Virus record (IMG/VR): IMGVR_UViG_3300035698_011202
Span: 8,232-72,231 of that record
Strand: one strand, 5' to 3'
DNA length: 64,000 bases
Source of the DNA: a virus
The notes under the pieces were generated by a model that worked only from the letters and a program-made list of their open reading frames with translations, did no database searches and was not told the DNA's origin. Made by a program: the position numbers and the translations under genes. Every line of letters begins with the position of its first letter. Positions within the stretch are counted from its first letter, which is position 1. This document shows, piece by piece, positions 61,064 through 64,000 of the stretch.

Positions 61064-63083
61064 ATATTTAAAGTACGTATTCACGTTTGCCAATGGCAAG
61101 ACTATTAAGCAAGACATTCAGTTGCAAGCCGGTTCAACGTTAATAACCGGCGCTAACGGTAAAGGTAAGAGCCTGACGTTTGAGGTTATTAGTTATCTGT
61201 TATTTGGTAACAAAGCTTTGCGAGGCGTGGCTACTGACTATAAGAAAATCAAAGCTGAGATGAGCGTAGAAATTAACGCTAAGCCCTACGTAATTACCCG
61301 TACCAAAACTCAGGCAGAAGTAATTTGCGACGGTGAAGTGTGTGTATCTGGTGTGGCGGCAGTCAACTCGTTTATCACAAGAATCATGGGCTATGGCTAT
61401 GATGTATTTAAAATAGCGCATTGGTGTGGTCAAGGCGAGATACAGGCGTTAGCTGCTATGCGTCCGACCGAGCGTAAAGCGATGATAGATAGCGTTGCGG
61501 GCCTAGCGTCTATGGATGCTCTGACTAAGATTATTGCTGACCAAATACGTGAAGGCAAAGCCAGTATAGGTTATTTGACAGGGCATTTAATTGCGCCTGT
61601 AACGCCTGTAACGCCGAGTGTTAAAAAAGAGTTGGCGTTGCAAGCACTAGATGAGATAGACAAGCTACAAGCCACCTATCAACGATTGATGCAAGTTCAG
61701 CCTGTAGTCATACCTATCGAGCCAGTGGCCCCGTTAGAGCCTGACTTCCCTGATGCACCTAAGCCTTTTGAGTTGCCTGAGTTGAGTGCTATGATGCCAG
61801 AAATCCCGGAAGGACTTCCTGCATCTACCAGCCAGCTCAACACTATTATTGCCGCGCTTGAGGCTGAGAAAACAAAGTACGACCGTTTGATCCGTGAATT
61901 GGCTTCTTTCCCTGTGTACGAAGAAAAATCTTTACCTACGCTTACCAATTACGTAGACGAAGCTTCGCTTAAAAAGGCATGGGCAAGTTTTCATCGGTTC
62001 CAGTTTATCGAGGACTTTAAAGCCAGCTCTAACATTCATTGCCCGAACTGCGAGCATGACTTCCATCTTTCAGACGAAGTTCAAAAGTTAATAAATACGG
62101 ATGCTGGTAGCTCGGTAAAGCCTACTATAGAACTAGGTATTTACAGGGAGGCAAAAAAGCAGCTGGCTGATGAAGTTAAAATATCCCAGTTAACTAAAGA
62201 CCTAGAAGCCCTAAACGGTGACAAGGTGGTAGCGATGCTTGAGGTTGCCCGTATCGCTTTAAAAATGCTTAAACTGTATGACGAAGAAGTATTGCAGTAT
62301 AAATCTAAGAGAAAAAACTTAGACGAGATGTATAAAACGCAGACGCAAGGGCATCTCACTAATATCGAACGCATCAGAAAACACTATGACGCTCAAATGG
62401 TTCATCACAATAAACGTTTAGGCGTGTACGAGTCTGAAATGGCTACACTAGCTGAGCGTTTAGATATTTATAATGCTGCTCAGATGCAACTAGCAAACTT
62501 ACCCATAGCCGCCAACGATATAAATGGACATACTATTGAGGTTCGCACTCGTATGAGCCAGATATTAATTGAATGGGCCAAATACGAGACAGAAGAAACG
62601 CATTACGAATCATTATGTATTAAGTACGATGCAGCTAATGCTGAGTTAACCCTGTTAACTAATAAAAACGCGCAACTCGAACTGGCAAAGAAAGCAGTGA
62701 AGGAAGTAAAAAGTCGCGTACAGTCTCATTTAATTCCTTCGCTCAACAATGTAGCAAGTAGTTTAATGAACGAGATGACAGGCGGTGAGTACACGTCGGT
62801 CGTAGTGGGCGAGAGCTTTGAAGTTGAGGTAGATGGTCAGCCTCTGAGAACGCTCAGTGGTTCGGCAAAAGACTTGGCGAACCTTACGCTTAGGATTGCG
62901 TTAGGTCGTATCATTACTCACAGGGTTATGGGTTTCATGTTGTTAGATGAAATCGATTCTGCGATGGATGACACCAGAGCAAGTTATACATGGGATTGCA
63001 TCGAGCGCATCACTCCGCAAATAGGACAGGTCATTCAAGCCTCACATAAAGACTTGAGTAGCGATAACACCATAAACGTTTAA
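61056..63083 (+). CDS. SbcC/Rad50-like ATPase
   Basis: GANGKGKS, CPNC zinc hook, LSGS, LLDE and SH motifs. Confidence 0.9.
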   Translation: MIRYLKYVFTFANGKTIKQDIQLQAGSTLITGANGKGKSLTFEVISYLLFGNKALRGVATDYKKIKAEMSVEINAKPYVITRTKTQAEVICDGEVCVSGVAAVNSFITRIMGYGYDVFKIAHWCGQGEIQALAAMRPTERKAMIDSVAGLASMDALTKIIADQIREGKASIGYLTGHLIAPVTPVTPSVKKELALQALDEIDKLQATYQRLMQVQPVVIPIEPVAPLEPDFPDAPKPFELPELSAMMPEIPEGLPASTSQLNTIIAALEAEKTKYDRLIRELASFPVYEEKSLPTLTNYVDEASLKKAWASFHRFQFIEDFKASSNIHCPNCEHDFHLSDEVQKLINTDAGSSVKPTIELGIYREAKKQLADEVKISQLTKDLEALNGDKVVAMLEVARIALKMLKLYDEEVLQYKSKRKNLDEMYKTQTQGHLTNIERIRKHYDAQMVHHNKRLGVYESEMATLAERLDIYNAAQMQLANLPIAANDINGHTIEVRTRMSQILIEWAKYETEETHYESLCIKYDAANAELTLLTNKNAQLELAKKAVKEVKSRVQSHLIPSLNNVASSLMNEMTGGEYTSVVVGESFEVEVDGQPLRTLSGSAKDLANLTLRIALGRIITHRVMGFMLLDEIDSAMDDTRASYTWDCIERITPQIGQVIQASHKDLSSDNTINV

Positions 63084-63121
63084 TGAGTGGGGACTCCCCA
63101 CCTTACAATTAGGAATTGACG

Positions 63122-63367
63122 ATGACACCAAACGAGCACATTAATTTTATAGCCCAAGGGTTTGCCAACAAATACCAAAAGCCTTTGTTGACCATAGACG
63201 ATTTAGCAGAAGTATTATCGATTACCAAAGCGACAATCATTCAATATATTTCAAGAGAAACCTTTCCTATTCCGCTAATCAGAGTGGGGCGAAACTGGTT
63301 TGTTAGTTCGCTAACCCTTGCTACTTATTTAGTTTCACAAGAAGGAAATGCTGGTGCATACCGTTAA
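63122..63367 (+). CDS. Excisionase / AlpA-like HTH protein
   Basis: LLTIDDLAEVLSITKATI...FPIPLIRVGRNW, next to the integrase. Confidence 0.8.
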   Translation: MTPNEHINFIAQGFANKYQKPLLTIDDLAEVLSITKATIIQYISRETFPIPLIRVGRNWFVSSLTLATYLVSQEGNAGAYR

Positions 63368-63623
63368 AAAAATACGTGAGGCTTTAATAAGTTATAAAAG
63401 TCGTAACTATGGTGGGGCAGGTGACCGCCTAGAAATTCGTGTAGGTAGTCAGACCTACAGCAATATTAAAAGTGATATGTGGCTTGAGAGCAGAGTGGAG
63501 GGATCATTAACTAGTCCCCCTCATCCTGTGACGCTGGTTGATAATTTTGAAGGACACAAGCTAGAAGTATGTATGTGGCTGGATGCTTACGCCATGGAAT
63601 TATATTTGCCTGAGCTGCACTAA
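63348..63623 (+). CDS. Hypothetical protein
   Basis: AAGGA RBS. Confidence 0.6.
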   Translation: MLVHTVKKIREALISYKSRNYGGAGDRLEIRVGSQTYSNIKSDMWLESRVEGSLTSPPHPVTLVDNFEGHKLEVCMWLDAYAMELYLPELH

Positions 63624-63624
63624 C

Positions 63625-64000
63625 CTATCTCTTTTTACCCTTAATCTTATGCCCAACTAATTCCATATTAGGATGGGCATATCTTTTCATACTTCTATAA
63701 TCTTCGTGACCCATTGCCGCCGCTGCAATTCTAAAATCCACTTCACTGTCTGCCTGCGTACTGCCAAACTCATGTCGAGTGGTGTGGTAGGAGATTAATT
63801 TCACGCCTGTTCGTTCTCTAAAACGCGTCATTGCCTTACTTAGTGTGGCGGGATGTTCAAAATTCCACACTCTTTCAGTTAACTGGCCCCTCTTTTTTAA
63901 CTTCCAACGCACCAATCTTAACAATGCCACCGCTCTAAACGTCAAAGGTACGATGCGGCCCTTAGAATAGGCTTGTCTTTTATAGTCAGACTTCTGATGA
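63625..64000 (-). CDS. int: Tyrosine recombinase/integrase, C-terminal part
   Basis: HTTRH, MGH and RY catalytic motifs. Frame stays open to the window edge (K...GRIVPL). Confidence 0.88.
   Translation of the reverse strand, partial: HQKSDYKRQAYSKGRIVPLTFRAVALLRLVRWKLKKRGQLTERVWNFEHPATLSKAMTRFRERTGVKLISYHTTRHEFGSTQADSEVDFRIAAAAMGHEDYRSMKRYAHPNMELVGHKIKGKKR

Larger units (their letters stand above)
31693..63101. repeat. Dispersed 15-bp palindrome GTGGGGA(C/G)TCCCCAC, 12 copies
   Basis: Starts at 31693, 32411, 32826, 33361 (GTGCGGACTCCGCAC), 34465 (ATGGGG...), 35039, 35571, 37718, 40632, 44623, 51005 and 63087. Confidence 0.95.
7695..63124. promoter_or_regulatory. Start-associated motif (GGA)ATTGACG-ATG at ~30 genes
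   Basis: Exact TTGACGATG at gene starts: minus 7695, 9763, 16692, 17370, 18272, 22757; plus 33388, 34492, 35085, 37472, 38986, 40661, 40944, 42948, 43459, 44018, 46389, 50182, 51036, 54908, 59622, 60074, 63116. Variants at 18336, 21167, 24367, 25887, 28198, 55553, 59138. Confidence 0.95.
1..64000. mobile_element. Temperate long-tailed phage/prophage, incomplete at both window edges
   Basis: Contiguous head, tail, packaging, replication, excisionase and integrase genes. No host housekeeping genes or att site recognised in the window. Confidence 0.95.

Noticed and set aside
7695-63124. TTGACG of the start motif as a -35 promoter box
   Set aside because: It is fixed at zero distance from ATG, which would put the -10 box and transcription start inside each gene.

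Overview
The whole window is one temperate, long-tailed dsDNA phage or prophage, cut at both ends. The left arm (1-28141, minus strand) is the virion module: tail fibre, lambda-like tail tip, tape measure, tail tube, head, portal, and a large terminase carrying a class 3 mini-intein. The right arm (28204-63623, plus strand) holds early and replication genes: D5-like helicase, M28 peptidase cluster, ArdB, dNMP kinase, SNF2-like helicase, PolA, primase-helicase, RecU, SbcCD-like nuclease and excisionase. It ends at a convergent tyrosine integrase. The most striking signal is a candidate phage-wide RNA regulon. About 30 genes in both arms start with the same sequence, (GGA)ATTGACG-ATG(A). An intergenic ~75-nt minus-strand RNA at ~9812-9890 has its own promoter, a 5' hairpin and a terminator, and its single-stranded middle is the exact antisense of that motif. 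The phage also encodes a ProQ/FinO-family RNA chaperone (59143-59604), and two non-coding repeat arrays carry extra motif copies (possible decoys). Other signals are a 12-copy 15-bp palindrome confined to the early arm and a tRNA-like structured RNA near 43.9 kb. All calls are by eye from motifs and synteny; no database search was run, and motif counts are manual.
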